DNA of 64,000 bases from an uncultured Alphaproteobacteria bacterium (GCA_947085465.1 CAMTWQ010000015.1:1201-65200); one strand, 5' to 3'. Positions 19,405 to 30,592 are shown, counted from the stretch's first letter. A program made the numbers and translations. Notes: generated from the sequence alone by a model not told the origin.

Positions 19405-22353
19405 ATGCGTCCACACCAAACCGATCCCAAAAAATTCATGGGCCGCAACCTGGGTTTTAGTCTGATCGCCTTGGCTCTGTATGTGATAGCCCGCTTTGCC
19501 GGGACGCTCTATTTCATGGATCAAGTCTCGCGTTACAATCAGATAGGCTATTACGCATCCACTCAGGCCTTGTTTGCGGGTAAAATCGCCCTTGGAGCAA
19601 AGCGTCTTTCTGAGGCGGAGAAAAAGCAAGATACGCCGCAAGCCAGAATGCTGCACGCCGCACTTGATGACGCCATCAGTAGTTTTGAAGCTAACCATCT
19701 CACGCTTACGGTGCTACAGCATCGCCGTGGAATTGGGCCGCGCGGGTCAAACTCCTCCGCCCTGCCGCAGCAGCATGAAGTATTGATCAAAGCCTATACC
19801 GAATCGGCGCGTCTTTTTCTTCGTTCCGCGCACACCATTAAAATTCCCGACGGCCTCGATCCTTGGCCGGTCATTACACTGTCGCAGGAAATACTCACAG
19901 CCGCGGAGCAATTAGGCAGGCAGTCAGAAACGGCGCTGCGGTTGTTTGATTCTATCAGTATGGCCATTTTGCTTATAGGGCTGATCGTAATCTGGTTCGC
20001 CATGGCTCGCCCGTCATTTGTGCATGCGCATGGGTTAATGCGAAGCGCGCGTCTAGTTGAACAGCGCCTGCGTGATATTGAAAAGGCTAGCGGTGACGCC
20101 ATCCATATCCTTGACCGCAGCATGCGCGTCATAATGGCGAATGAGACCGCCTGCGCCATGGCCGCGCAAACACCGGATCAGATGATTGGCGCGACCATCA
20201 CCAGCCTGTATGCCGGCCCGGTTTATTGGGAAATTATCGCCGCCTATAGGGCGGTGCTTGACAATACAAAGTCAAAAACATTCCGGAAATATGTTGACCT
20301 GCCAAATGGAAGCAGCGATTGGTTTGAATTTCACATTAATCCTTGTACGGATGGTATATTGATTGTTGTTAGAAACGTCACCGAGCAAAAGGAACTTGAA
20401 GATGTGCTTCGCACCGGGGAGGAGCGCGCAACGGCCATGTTGCAGTTCTCAACCGATGCGGTAATAGCGTTTGATGAGCGCGGCAGCATTGAGTCGTTTA
20501 ATTTATCGGCTGAATCTGTCTTTGGCTACGAGTCTGGTAAAATTCTTGGCAGACCCATAAAAAATTTAATGTCTGATAATTCGCCATTCGCTGAAAACCG
20601 GCACATAAATGATTTTAACTCACGCGAGCTAGCGGCGCTATCCGCAGGTATTTCAATGGAGGGGCGGCGCCGAAACGGGGAGCTGTTTCCGACGCGCACC
20701 GTCGTCAACGAAATATGGAACAAAGACCGGCGTATCTTTGTCGCAACTATTCATGATTTAACAGACGAGGTGGCGGCCCAGACCAGGTTGCGGGAGGCGG
20801 TGGAGCGGTTCGATCTTTGTGTGCGGGGATCGGACTCCGCGATATGGGATATTGATCTTGGCTCGGGTAATTTGTTCCTGGCGCCGCGCTTTAAACAGCT
20901 GCTTGGATATGGAGAAGAAGACAATTTCAACACACTGGATGATCTGTTTAAACTCATGCACCCTGATGACGCCGCCACTTTACGCGGCAAAGTAACCCCC
21001 GGGCCGGACGATGGCGAAAGAGAGCTTAACGCCACATTCCGGTTGCTTGCGCGGAATGGCGAATATTTGTGGTTTCAGAGCAAGGGCGCACTGCGCAGAG
21101 ATCAGACTGGCGCCGCCGTGCGCATGGCCGGCTCGATGACCGAAATCACTGCCAGGGTTAATGCGGAAACTGAATTGCGCCGCCACCGCGATCACCTGGT
21201 GAAAATGGTGGATGCACAGACGCGGCATATCAAAAAGAGCGAAGCGCGTCTGGCCACCGCCGTCAACGGCGTATCAGAAGGCATGTGCGTGACGGACGAA
21301 AATAATCTAATCGTGCTGGTGAACAGGCATATGAAGGATATGTATCCAGAGGTCGCTGAAATTTTGCATCCCGGGGTGGCGTTGGATGATGTATTCGAGG
21401 AAATTTTGGAGAAAAACGAGCTTGATGAGGAGCGCCGGTCCGTCTATGCCGAGCATTTTGAGCGGATGCGCAGCGGCAGCGCCAGCAGCGAGTTGCGGCA
21501 GCCGAACGGCGGCTGGATTAGGATTACCCGCGCCAAAACGCCGGACGGCGGGAGAATCATTCTGCACACTGATATTACGCAATATAAGGAGCAGGAAGCG
21601 CGCCTGCAAGCCCAGGCGCGTGAGCTTGAAAATGCGCTAGGCAAGGAGAAAGAAATAAATACCCTGCACAAGCAGTTTGTTTCCATGGCTTCGCACGAAT
21701 TTCGCACGCCACTGGCGATCATCGATGGCTCGGCGCAAATACTAGGCCGGGAAATAGAGAGAATGACCCCGGATCGCGTGCGAAGCCGGGCGGAGAAAAT
21801 TCGCGGCGCCGTTTCGCGGATGACAAAATTAATTGAAAGCACGTTGACGGTGGCGCGTCTTGATGCGGGAAAAGTGGATATCACTGTGAACGCGTGCAAT
21901 TTGCGCGAGCTTATCACCGATATCATGGGTCGTCAGCAGGAGCTTTCCGCTACGCATCGGATTACTTGTGACCTGGCCGGGTTGCCGGATAAAGTTTTGG
22001 CAGACAGCAAAGCTATCGATCAGGTGATGACGAACCTGTTGTCCAATTCAGTTAAATATTCACCAAACCATCCTGATATTCATATACGCGGGTCGCTCGA
22101 AGGCGCATTTGCCGTGGTGTCGGTACGCGATTTTGGCCTCGGCATTGCCGAAGCGGATTTGCCGCAGATTTTCTCGCGGTTTTTCCGGGCGCAAAACTCC
22201 ACCGGTATTGTGGGCACCGGTATTGGCCTTAACCTGGTGAAGGAGCTTGTAACGATGCACGGCGGCAATGTGCGTGTCGACAGCCGCGCCGGCGAGGGCT
22301 CAACGTTTACGGTCTATTTGCCGGTAAATGGGCCGCAATCACAGGCCGCTTAG
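19405..22353 (+). CDS. membrane-bound multi-PAS sensor histidine kinase
   Basis: The protein is 982 aa with N-terminal TM segments, at least three PAS-like blocks, the H-box SMASHEFRTPLAIIDG, and N/G boxes (NLLSNSVKYS, GTGIGLNLVKELV). Confidence 0.85.
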   Translation: MRPHQTDPKKFMGRNLGFSLIALALYVIARFAGTLYFMDQVSRYNQIGYYASTQALFAGKIALGAKRLSEAEKKQDTPQARMLHAALDDAISSFEANHLTLTVLQHRRGIGPRGSNSSALPQQHEVLIKAYTESARLFLRSAHTIKIPDGLDPWPVITLSQEILTAAEQLGRQSETALRLFDSISMAILLIGLIVIWFAMARPSFVHAHGLMRSARLVEQRLRDIEKASGDAIHILDRSMRVIMANETACAMAAQTPDQMIGATITSLYAGPVYWEIIAAYRAVLDNTKSKTFRKYVDLPNGSSDWFEFHINPCTDGILIVVRNVTEQKELEDVLRTGEERATAMLQFSTDAVIAFDERGSIESFNLSAESVFGYESGKILGRPIKNLMSDNSPFAENRHINDFNSRELAALSAGISMEGRRRNGELFPTRTVVNEIWNKDRRIFVATIHDLTDEVAAQTRLREAVERFDLCVRGSDSAIWDIDLGSGNLFLAPRFKQLLGYGEEDNFNTLDDLFKLMHPDDAATLRGKVTPGPDDGERELNATFRLLARNGEYLWFQSKGALRRDQTGAAVRMAGSMTEITARVNAETELRRHRDHLVKMVDAQTRHIKKSEARLATAVNGVSEGMCVTDENNLIVLVNRHMKDMYPEVAEILHPGVALDDVFEEILEKNELDEERRSVYAEHFERMRSGSASSELRQPNGGWIRITRAKTPDGGRIILHTDITQYKEQEARLQAQARELENALGKEKEINTLHKQFVSMASHEFRTPLAIIDGSAQILGREIERMTPDRVRSRAEKIRGAVSRMTKLIESTLTVARLDAGKVDITVNACNLRELITDIMGRQQELSATHRITCDLAGLPDKVLADSKAIDQVMTNLLSNSVKYSPNHPDIHIRGSLEGAFAVVSVRDFGLGIAEADLPQIFSRFFRAQNSTGIVGTGIGLNLVKELVTMHGGNVRVDSRAGEGSTFTVYLPVNGPQSQAA

Positions 22354-23655
22354 CGTGAGAACATGGCCTGCAAGATAAAGCGAGCCACAGATTACCACCC
22401 TGGGCGGCGGGCCATTGAGCGCGCTTATCTCATGAAGCGCGCGCGTGAGCGTTGCAGCGGGCGCGGCAGTGCAGCCCGCAGCTTGCGCCGCCAGCGCCAG
22501 CCCCCCCGCTTCAAAACTATTCGCCTCACGTGGAATAGCGATCGTGCGCACTTCGCGCGCCAAACCGTGAAACGCCTCGAAATAACCCCGCGCATCCTTG
22601 CTGTTCAGCATCCCGCAAATCAGATAGAGCGGCCTTGGATAGCGCTCTTCCATTTCTCCCATGGCGCTCGCAAGCACAACCGCACATGCTGGATTATGCC
22701 CGCCATCGAGCCATAATTCGGCGCCCTCTGGCAATTTCGCCAAAAGCGCGCCACTGGTGATGCGTTGCAGACGTGCGGGCCATTCGACATTTTTGAGCCC
22801 GGCCGCAATCGCCTGCGTATCTATTTCAAACCCGTGTAATGCGCGCAGGCATGTAATGGCGGCGCCCGCATTAATAAGCTGGTGGCGCCCCGCAAGCGCT
22901 GGCAGCGGCAGGTCAAGCAGGCCGTCATTATGCTGATAAACCATGCGGCCATTTTCCGCATCGCTCATCCAATCCTCGCCATACATCAGCAATGGCGCGG
23001 CAAGTTTTTCCGCTTGCGCTCTGATTACCCGTTCACTCTCGGGTTTTTGCGGCCCGATAATTGCCGGTACGCCCGGTTTCAGAATGCCCGCCTTTTCGAA
23101 TGCAATTTTTGCCAGCGTATCCCCCAGCAATTCTTGATGATCAAAATCGACGGGGGTGATAGCGGTAACCGCTGCATGGGGAATGACGTTGGTGGTGTCC
23201 AGCCGCCCGCCAAGCCCCACCTCCAGCAGCACAACATCCGCCGGCGTGCTGGCGAATGCGCTGAGTGCGGCAACAGTGGTGATTTCAAAAAACGTGATTG
23301 GTTCGCCCGCATTGACGCGCTCGCATTCAAGCAGGTTCTCGCATAGCGCGGATTCAGAAATAAGCTTGCCCGCAATGCGAATGCGCTCATGAAAATGTTG
23401 CAGGTGCGGGGAAGTGTAAACATGCACACAATATCCCGCCGCCTCCAGCATGGCGCGCATGAAAGCAACCGTTGAGCCTTTGCCATTGGTGCCCGCCACA
23501 TGAATGACCGGCGCCAAATGGCGCTCTGGATTTCCCATTTTCCCAAGCAGCCGCAAAATTCGCTCAAGCGACAGGTCGATCAGTTTGGGATAAAGTTGCG
23601 TCATCCGCGCCAAAATGGCGCCGCTACCGGATAACGGTGCGGGTGTGGCGCTCAA
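22339..23655 (-). CDS. folC: bifunctional folylpolyglutamate synthase / dihydrofolate synthase
   Basis: It carries the HVAGTNGKGST P-loop. The track start is a TTG that overlaps the accD stop; Met18 is an alternative start. Confidence 0.85.
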   Translation of the reverse strand: MSATPAPLSGSGAILARMTQLYPKLIDLSLERILRLLGKMGNPERHLAPVIHVAGTNGKGSTVAFMRAMLEAAGYCVHVYTSPHLQHFHERIRIAGKLISESALCENLLECERVNAGEPITFFEITTVAALSAFASTPADVVLLEVGLGGRLDTTNVIPHAAVTAITPVDFDHQELLGDTLAKIAFEKAGILKPGVPAIIGPQKPESERVIRAQAEKLAAPLLMYGEDWMSDAENGRMVYQHNDGLLDLPLPALAGRHQLINAGAAITCLRALHGFEIDTQAIAAGLKNVEWPARLQRITSGALLAKLPEGAELWLDGGHNPACAVVLASAMGEMEERYPRPLYLICGMLNSKDARGYFEAFHGLAREVRTIAIPREANSFEAGGLALAAQAAGCTAAPAATLTRALHEISALNGPPPRVVICGSLYLAGHVLTLSGL

Positions 23656-24596
23656 CTGGTTTTTATACGGGGTTTGGCCGTGGCAGGCAGGGCCGTCCGG
23701 TCATGCCCGTTGCCTTTTTTGGCGCTTAGGTTTTTCTTCTGGCCCGGATGTTTGTGCATCAGAAGATGCAGTATAGTGGAGAGCGTCGCGCGCATATCCT
23801 TGCGGTGCACGACCATATCTATCATGCCCTGCTCCATAACATGCCCGGCGCGCTGAAACCCTTCCGGAAGTTTTTCGCGTATGGTTTGCGCGATCACCCG
23901 CTGCCCGGTAAAGCCGATCAGCGCATCCGGTTCGGCAATGTGCAGATCGCCAAGCATCGCGTAAGAAGCGGTAACGCCGCCGGTGGTTGGATCGGTCAGC
24001 ACCACCACATAGGGCAGCCGCGCCTCACGCAACATTTGGACGGCGATCGTGGTGCGCGGCATTTGCATCAGGGACAACATGCCCTCCTGCATGCGTGCGC
24101 CGCCCGATGCGGCAAACACCACCAGCGGCGCCTGGCGCGCGAGCGCATTCGTTGCTGCAAGCAGCAGCGACTCACCAACCGCCATGCCCATTGATCCGCC
24201 CATGAATTCGAAATCCTGCACGGCGATAACCGTATTCAGGCCATCGATGCGGCCTGCCGCCACCGCCATCGCTTCATCGCGGCCGGTTTTTTGACGGGCT
24301 TCTTTTATCCGTTCTGGATAGCGCTTTTGATCGCGGAATTTGAGCGGATCGCTGATCACGGAAGGGGCTGGAAATTGCTCATAACGCGCATCATCGAATA
24401 ATGATTCAAAGCGCGCTTTGGGCGGCAATTTCATATGATGGCCGCAATTCGGGCAGACATTCAACGCGGCCACCAAGTCGCGCGTAAAAATCATCTGATT
24501 GCAAGAGGCGCAATTACTCCAAAGACTATCGCCCGTATCGCGTTTGCGGAATACGGCCTGAATTTTTGGGCGCACCACGCGGGTCAGCCAATTCAT
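23652..24596 (-). CDS. accD: acetyl-CoA carboxylase carboxyltransferase beta subunit
   Basis: It has the N-terminal Zn ribbon CASCNQ...[10 protein letters not shown] and the GGARMQEG motif. Confidence 0.9.
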   Translation of the reverse strand: MNWLTRVVRPKIQAVFRKRDTGDSLWSNCASCNQMIFTRDLVAALNVCPNCGHHMKLPPKARFESLFDDARYEQFPAPSVISDPLKFRDQKRYPERIKEARQKTGRDEAMAVAAGRIDGLNTVIAVQDFEFMGGSMGMAVGESLLLAATNALARQAPLVVFAASGGARMQEGMLSLMQMPRTTIAVQMLREARLPYVVVLTDPTTGGVTASYAMLGDLHIAEPDALIGFTGQRVIAQTIREKLPEGFQRAGHVMEQGMIDMVVHRKDMRATLSTILHLLMHKHPGQKKNLSAKKGNGHDRTALPATAKPRIKTS

Positions 24597-25456
24597 CGCA
24601 TTTCCTCCCTGAGCACGGTCTCACGCCGTGTTTGACGCACGCCCTGGCTGAGTTCCTTGACAAAGCTGTGCACGCCCGCCGCAATCTGGGCTGGCGATTG
24701 TTTGGCGCCTGCCGCCACCCCGATGCGATCAACGATTGCCGTGCCAACGACCGCTGCATCGGCAATACGGGCTACCTCGGCCACATGGGCGGCGGTCTTG
24801 ACGCCAAATCCAACCGCAACCGGCAGTTTGGTATGGCGGCGGATGCGCGCCACCGCCGCCTCGATGCTTGAGACGCCGGCCCCCGCCCCCCCGGTGATCC
24901 CGGTAATGGAAACATAATAGACAAAGCCGCTGGTGTGATTGAGCACTAACGGCAAGCGCGCGTCATCAGTGGTTGGCGCGCTCAGATAGATAAAATCCAA
25001 TCCGGCCTTGATTGCGGGCAGGCACAGTTCGGCTTCTTCCTCTGGCGGCAGATCGACAATAATGAGACCATCCACACCGGCCTCAATCGCATCCGGCACT
25101 AAACGTTCAACCCCATAGCGGTAAATCGGGTTGTAATAACCCATCAGAATAATTGGCGTGTCCGCATCGCCTTGCCGGAAGCGGCGCACCAGATCAAGTG
25201 TGCGGTGCATGCTGGCGCCAGCCTTCAGGGCACGTAGGCTGGCGGCCTGGATCGAAGGGCCGTCCGCCATCGGATCGCTGAACGGCATACCCAGTTCGAT
25301 CAGATCGGCGCCGGCCGCCGGCAGGCCGCGCAAAATTTCAAAACAGCTTTCGTCGCCGGGATCACCCGCGGTGATGAAAGTAATCAGCCCGGCGCGGCCT
25401 GCTTCACGCAAGGCTTTAAAGCGCGCTTCAATCCGTCTGCTGGGCCGCCCGCTCAC
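24593..25456 (-). CDS. trpA: tryptophan synthase alpha chain
   Basis: The sequence [11 protein letters not shown]...[18 protein letters not shown] is diagnostic. Confidence 0.9.
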   Translation of the reverse strand: MSGRPSRRIEARFKALREAGRAGLITFITAGDPGDESCFEILRGLPAAGADLIELGMPFSDPMADGPSIQAASLRALKAGASMHRTLDLVRRFRQGDADTPIILMGYYNPIYRYGVERLVPDAIEAGVDGLIIVDLPPEEEAELCLPAIKAGLDFIYLSAPTTDDARLPLVLNHTSGFVYYVSITGITGGAGAGVSSIEAAVARIRRHTKLPVAVGFGVKTAAHVAEVARIADAAVVGTAIVDRIGVAAGAKQSPAQIAAGVHSFVKELSQGVRQTRRETVLREEMR

Positions 25457-26670
25457 AGCTTGCTTCCTAAAATTTCAGCAACGGTGAATATATCCTTGTC
25501 GCCGCGTCCACACAAATTCATGCAGAGTATATGCGCGCGCGGCAATCCTGGCGCGATCTTGGCCACATAGGCGAGCGCATGCGCCGGTTCAAGTGCGGGA
25601 ATAATGCCTTCCCGCCTGCTGCACAGTTGAAATGCGTCGAGAGCCTCGCTGTCGGTCACAGAGACATATTTAACCCGTCCCGCTTCATGCAGCCAGGCAT
25701 GTTCGGGCCCGATGCCCGGATAATCCAACCCGGCTGAAATGGAATGCGCGTCATTGATCTGACCATCGCTATTTTGCAGTAAATAGGTGCGATTGCCATG
25801 CAGCACGCCGGGCTGACCGCCCGCCAATGATGCGGCGTGCTCGCCGGTTGTCAGGCCCTTGCCCGCCGCCTCCACCCCATACATGGCCACCCCAGGATCA
25901 TCCAGGAATGGATGAAACAGGCCAATGGCGTTGGAGCCGCCGCCAATACACGCGACCAGCGAATCCGGTAATCGCCCCTCGCGTTCCAGCATTTGCGCTT
26001 TCGCTTCTCGCCCAATCACCGATTGAAAATCACGCACCAGCATCGGGTAGGGATGCGGCCCCGCCGCCGTGCCTATAATGTAAAACGTATCATGCACATT
26101 GGTGACCCAATCGCGCAGCGCCTCGTTCATGGCGTCTTTCAGGGTCGCTGTGCCTGATATCACCGGCACAACTTCCGCGCCCAGCAGCTTCATGCGGAAA
26201 ACATTTGGCTGCTGGCGTACAATGTCGGTGGCGCCCATATAGATGACGCAAGGCAGGCCAAAGCGCGCCGCAACGGTTGCCGCCGCCACCCCGTGCTGAC
26301 CGGCGCCGGTTTCCGCGATAATGCGCGTCTTGCCCATGCGCCGCGCCAGTAGAATTTGCCCGAGGCAATTATTGATCTTGTGCGAGCCGGTGTGATTTAG
26401 CTCATCGCGCTTGAAATAAATTTTCGCGCCGCCAAAATGCGCCGTCAACTTTTCCGCAAAATACAGCGGGCTTGGCCGGCCGGCGTAATTTGTCAGCAGA
26501 TCATCCAGCTCTGCCTGAAAGGCCGGATCGGCCTTTGCCGCCGCATAGGCTTTATCCAGAGATAGCACCAATGGCATCAGGGTTTCGGCGACAAAGCGGC
26601 CGCCGAAAATACCGAAATGCCCCTGCGCGTCGGGGCCGGTGCGAAAACTATTGGGAGCTATTACGGTCAA
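25453..26670 (-). CDS. trpB: tryptophan synthase beta chain
   Basis: It carries the [12 protein letters not shown]-lysine motif and GGGSNAIG. Confidence 0.95.
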   Translation of the reverse strand: MTVIAPNSFRTGPDAQGHFGIFGGRFVAETLMPLVLSLDKAYAAAKADPAFQAELDDLLTNYAGRPSPLYFAEKLTAHFGGAKIYFKRDELNHTGSHKINNCLGQILLARRMGKTRIIAETGAGQHGVAAATVAARFGLPCVIYMGATDIVRQQPNVFRMKLLGAEVVPVISGTATLKDAMNEALRDWVTNVHDTFYIIGTAAGPHPYPMLVRDFQSVIGREAKAQMLEREGRLPDSLVACIGGGSNAIGLFHPFLDDPGVAMYGVEAAGKGLTTGEHAASLAGGQPGVLHGNRTYLLQNSDGQINDAHSISAGLDYPGIGPEHAWLHEAGRVKYVSVTDSEALDAFQLCSRREGIIPALEPAHALAYVAKIAPGLPRAHILCMNLCGRGDKDIFTVAEILGSKL

Positions 26671-26684
26671 ACGAAGCGTTCCAG

Positions 26685-27326
26685 TTACAGAGGTTTGGCG
26701 GTTTCGATAAACGCGCTGATTTTTGCGATATCCTTGATTCCGGGCGCGCGCTCAACACTTGATGAAACATCTACCATCCTGGCGCCGCTGATGCGAATCG
26801 CGTCCGCGACATTGTCCACATTAAGACCGCCGGACAACATCCAGGGCCGCGCCCATTTGCGCCCGGCAATCAGGTTCCAGTCGAACACCAGCCCGTTTCC
26901 TCCCGGCAAGGCGTTCTTTGATACTGGCGGCTTGGCGTCGAACAATAGCATATCGGCAACCAGCTCAAAAGAGGCGGCCCTTTCTGCATCCTCTGAGGCT
27001 GCAATGGGGATCGCCTTGATTACCGGCAATCCAAAACGCGCGCGGATTTCCGCCACCCGATCCGGGTTTTCCTGTCCATGCAATTGCAGATAATCGATGG
27101 CGCCAGAACGCGCAGCGGCCGCAATTTCCTCATCGCCCGCATCAACGAACAGGCCCACTTTGCCCACGCCAGCGGGCACGTTTTGGGCCAGTTGCACGGC
27201 CTGTTCGAGTAATACATGTCGTGGCGAGCCAGCGTAAAACACGAACCCCACATAACCCGCCCCTGCGCTGACGGCTGCCGCAATCGCGCCTGCATCGGAT
27301 AAACCACAAATTTTTACTTTCGCCAT
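26685..27326 (-). CDS. trpF: phosphoribosylanthranilate isomerase
   Basis: The N-terminus is MAKVKICGL...[17 protein letters not shown] and the gene lies immediately upstream of trpB. Confidence 0.85.
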   Translation of the reverse strand: MAKVKICGLSDAGAIAAAVSAGAGYVGFVFYAGSPRHVLLEQAVQLAQNVPAGVGKVGLFVDAGDEEIAAAARSGAIDYLQLHGQENPDRVAEIRARFGLPVIKAIPIAASEDAERAASFELVADMLLFDAKPPVSKNALPGGNGLVFDWNLIAGRKWARPWMLSGGLNVDNVADAIRISGARMVDVSSSVERAPGIKDIAKISAFIETAKPL

Positions 27327-27366
27327 GTGCGCACCATGGGGGCTTATAGCAGAAACGTGTAGGCTA

Positions 27367-27422
27367 TTGACAGTAGCGAGAAATTGTGATACTGTGAAAA
27401 CATGAAAAATATCACAGTATCA
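27367..27422 (+). promoter_or_regulatory. sigma70-like promoter with an inverted-repeat operator for the vapBC-type cassette
   Basis: TTGACA (27367-27372) is followed by a 17-nt spacer and TACTGT (27390-27395). The ATG at 27402 has no SD. The 11-bp inverted repeat tgatactgtga (27387-27397) / tcacagtatca (27412-27422) brackets the start codon. Confidence 0.55.
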
Positions 27423-27635
27423 GTGGACGATGACGTCTACCGTCGCGCCCGTGTGAAGGCCGCTGAATTGGACACGTCCGTCTCAGCGCTGGTCAAGCAA
27501 TTCCTTATGGAAATGGCTGGCCGTGAAACTGGAACCGGACAGCTGCAACGTGAGGAGGCGGCGCTGCGCGCCTCCATTCGTAGTTTCCGGGCCGCGGACC
27601 GGCTACCGCGCGACGATATTCACCGCCGGGATTAG
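27402..27635 (+). CDS. ribbon-helix-helix (CopG/VapB-like) antitoxin
   Basis: The protein is 77 aa. The N-terminus MKNITVSVDDDVYRRARVKAAELDTSVSALVKQFL has the RHH pattern, and a PIN gene follows 6 nt downstream. Confidence 0.7.
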   Translation: MKNITVSVDDDVYRRARVKAAELDTSVSALVKQFLMEMAGRETGTGQLQREEAALRASIRSFRAADRLPRDDIHRRD

Positions 27636-27641
27636 CTGATT

Positions 27642-28052
27642 TTGCCCGTCTTTCTCGACACAAATATTTTGCTATATTCGATCAGCACCGACCCCGGTGA
27701 GGCAGCGAAAAGCGCGCGCGCTATAGCTCTGCTTGACGGGATTGATTGCGCAGTCTCTGTACAGGTCTTGCAAGAATTTTATGTTCAAGCGACACGCTTT
27801 TCCCGCCTTGATCCGCTGCCGCATGCAACGGCTGCGGGTTTGATCCGCACATGGCTTCGCTTTCAAGTGATGGAGAATTCAGTTGCGATCCTGCTGGGCG
27901 CCTTGCAGATAAAACATGCCTATGGGTTTAGTTATTGGGACAGCGCAATCCTCGCCGCCGCCGCCGCTGCGGGCTGCCACGAGCTTTATTCCGAAGACCT
28001 ATCACATGGGCGTGAAATAGAGGGCGTCAGAATCATCAACCCATTTCGCTAA
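27642..28052 (+). CDS. vapC: PIN-domain toxin (VapC family)
   Basis: The N-terminus (TTG)PVFLDTNILLYS carries the first PIN acidic residue, and WDSAILAAAAAAG and the final acidic motif follow later. The protein is 136 aa. Confidence 0.75.
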   Translation: MPVFLDTNILLYSISTDPGEAAKSARAIALLDGIDCAVSVQVLQEFYVQATRFSRLDPLPHATAAGLIRTWLRFQVMENSVAILLGALQIKHAYGFSYWDSAILAAAAAAGCHELYSEDLSHGREIEGVRIINPFR

Positions 28053-30388
28053 ACTACCGCCGCCTGTTTTCTCCGGCGCGGGAACAGTTTCTCAAGCGTG
28101 ACCGCAAGCGCTGGCAATGCGGTCACTGCACCGGTCATGTTGATAAAGAACATGAACGACAGCAGAATTCCCATATCCGCCTGAAATTTCAGCGCCGAAA
28201 ACGCCCATGTGGATACGCCAATACACAGTGTGGCGCCGGTAAACATCACCGCCATGCCGGTTTCCTGCAGCGCCTGCGCATAGGCTTTGGCGATATCCAT
28301 ACCGGCTTCAAGATAGCCCTGCATCCGGCTATAGATGTAAAACGCGTAATCCACACCAATGCCCACGGCGAGCACGAGCACGGGCAGGGTTGACACCTTT
28401 AACCCAATCTCCTGCCACGCCATGAACCAATAACCGATGAAGGTCGCCATGATCAGCGGCAAGCAGCAGCAAATTGTCGCCCGCCAATCACGATAGGCAA
28501 GAATCACCAGCCCGATAATGGCGATATACACGGCGATCAGCATCGGCACTTCTTTTTGCGCAATCACTTCATTGGTCGCCGCCATGATGCCGACATTGCC
28601 GGACGCCAGGTGAAAAGTGACGCCCTCGGTTGGATTATCGGCGATAAATTGTTTGGTGGCGGCGACAACGCGATTGATGGTCACTGCTTTATGATCGAGC
28701 GTAAAAGTAATAATGGGAAGCATGGTGCACGCTTCATTGAGCAGGCCCGTGCTGGGCGATACGCCGCCGACGGTAAGCGCAAACGTCTTCGGATTGCGGG
28801 CCAGCGCCTTGTATTTAGGATTATCTTCCGTCCACATCGCATAACCGCGCTTGGCCAGGGTTGGCAGCGCCATGGAATATTTTACGCCGGGCACGTTCTG
28901 CAAGTGCCATGTAAACCGGTCAAGTAAATGCATGGTTTCGTAATTGATACAGGAAAGCTCCGGCGTTTCGGCGATGACGATAAAGGCGTCGAGGTTCATC
29001 GAAAACTTCTGCACCATCATGTTGGTGTCGATGTTGTAACGCTCTTCCGGCCACAGTTCAGGCGCGCCTGGATGCAAATCACCCACATGCCGGTCGCGGG
29101 TGGCGGCAACAGAGATGGTGAAAATCACTCCACAAATAATTAAAGTAATCACGCTGGCGCGCGGCTGTGCGATCTGCGCCAGCCAGCGCATCGCGCGGGC
29201 GCGCACCTCGCGGGCGCCGGTGACGCGCGCCACATAGGACGGGCCGAATTTGCAGTAAGAGGCGACAACCGGCAGCATGAACAAATTAGTGATGATTTTC
29301 AGCGACACGCCGATGGTCGCCATCATCGACATTTCCTGAATCATTGGAATCGGTATTAAATACAGAGTCATGAATCCGACCAGCGCGGTAACGAGCGCCA
29401 TCACGCCGGGAACCAGCAAACGGCTGAAAGTGGCGCGCGCCGCCATCTCACTGTCATTGCCGGCGCAAATCTCCGCCGATAGCAGGTTGATCTGCTGCAC
29501 CCCATGCGACACGCCAATGGCGTACACCAGGAACGGCACCAGAACCGCCAGCGGATCGAGGCCAATACCTAATAGTTTCAGCAATCCGAATTGCCAGACG
29601 ACGGAAACCAGCGAGCAGGACACGGCAAGCAGCGTAAGCACCACTGAGCGCGCATAGGCGTAAACCGCAATCGTCGTCAGCAGGAACGCAAGCCCGAAAA
29701 ATATACCTACGCTTTTGGCTTCTTCCGCGATATCGCCAATCATTTTGGCAAAGCCGATAATATGAATTTCGAACTTGTCGTCTTCAAACTTATCCCGGAT
29801 TTCCGACTCTAGCAGGGAGGCAAGCTCGATATAATCGAGCGGTTTTTTGGTCATCACGTCGACTTCATTCAAGCTCGCGCGGACGGCGGCAATAGTGAAA
29901 TCATGCGACACCAATTGCCCGGTATAACCGCCGCGAAGCGTGTTGCTGCGAACCCGGGCGATTTTTTTGTCGTCCAGATTCCTAGGCGTGACGTTAGCCT
30001 CAATGACGTTGAAGGCGCTCAATCCATCCTCGTTGACCTCCAGAACGCGCGTGTTTGGCGTCCATAAAGACTGCACCGATCCACGATAGACGCCTGGCAG
30101 GTAGAAAACCGCTTCGGTTAGCTCGGTCAGCTTGCGCATGGCCTCAATCGTCCAGATTGTGCCCTGGCGCGGATGCAGGCCGATAATGATGGTATTGGGC
30201 GGCGGCAGTTTGTCGCGATAAGCCGTGTAGGTCTCGATGAATGGATGCTCGGTCGGCAATTGCTTGATGAAACCGGCGTCAAATCGCAGTTGCGCCGCGT
30301 AATAGCCAGTGACGATGGTAAGCAGCGCCAGCACAACCAGGAATGGCATGCGCAGCCGGAACACCAAGTCTTCAAAGCGTTTAAGCAT
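28049..30388 (-). CDS. RND/MMPL-superfamily transporter (two sterol-sensing-like 6-TM bundles)
   Basis: The protein is 779 aa with the repeated architecture of TM1, a large loop and a TM cluster, twice over. The substrate is unknown. Confidence 0.65.
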   Translation of the reverse strand: MLKRFEDLVFRLRMPFLVVLALLTIVTGYYAAQLRFDAGFIKQLPTEHPFIETYTAYRDKLPPPNTIIIGLHPRQGTIWTIEAMRKLTELTEAVFYLPGVYRGSVQSLWTPNTRVLEVNEDGLSAFNVIEANVTPRNLDDKKIARVRSNTLRGGYTGQLVSHDFTIAAVRASLNEVDVMTKKPLDYIELASLLESEIRDKFEDDKFEIHIIGFAKMIGDIAEEAKSVGIFFGLAFLLTTIAVYAYARSVVLTLLAVSCSLVSVVWQFGLLKLLGIGLDPLAVLVPFLVYAIGVSHGVQQINLLSAEICAGNDSEMAARATFSRLLVPGVMALVTALVGFMTLYLIPIPMIQEMSMMATIGVSLKIITNLFMLPVVASYCKFGPSYVARVTGAREVRARAMRWLAQIAQPRASVITLIICGVIFTISVAATRDRHVGDLHPGAPELWPEERYNIDTNMMVQKFSMNLDAFIVIAETPELSCINYETMHLLDRFTWHLQNVPGVKYSMALPTLAKRGYAMWTEDNPKYKALARNPKTFALTVGGVSPSTGLLNEACTMLPIITFTLDHKAVTINRVVAATKQFIADNPTEGVTFHLASGNVGIMAATNEVIAQKEVPMLIAVYIAIIGLVILAYRDWRATICCCLPLIMATFIGYWFMAWQEIGLKVSTLPVLVLAVGIGVDYAFYIYSRMQGYLEAGMDIAKAYAQALQETGMAVMFTGATLCIGVSTWAFSALKFQADMGILLSFMFFINMTGAVTALPALAVTLEKLFPRRRKQAAVV

Positions 30389-30592
30389 GTTGGAAAAAGC
30401 CTGATTTAATAACCGCTTACGCGGGAAATATGTTTATTTTATGCTCCAATATGGCCAGCACCCCTAAAGCCCCACCGCTAGCGCCTCAACGAATAGCAAT
30501 AAGCCGCCCATCTGGCAAGCAGGAGCCTCTTGCGCGGGGCGGGCGCAAGCGCGACACTACAAGACCAATCGAAACGGCAAAGGGGGCGGAAA

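Noticed and set aside
22339-22353. The histidine kinase and folC overlap convergently by 15 nt at their 3' ends, which I considered as a possible regulatory antisense arrangement.
   Set aside because: Short convergent overlaps are common in compact genomes, and no additional structure is visible there.
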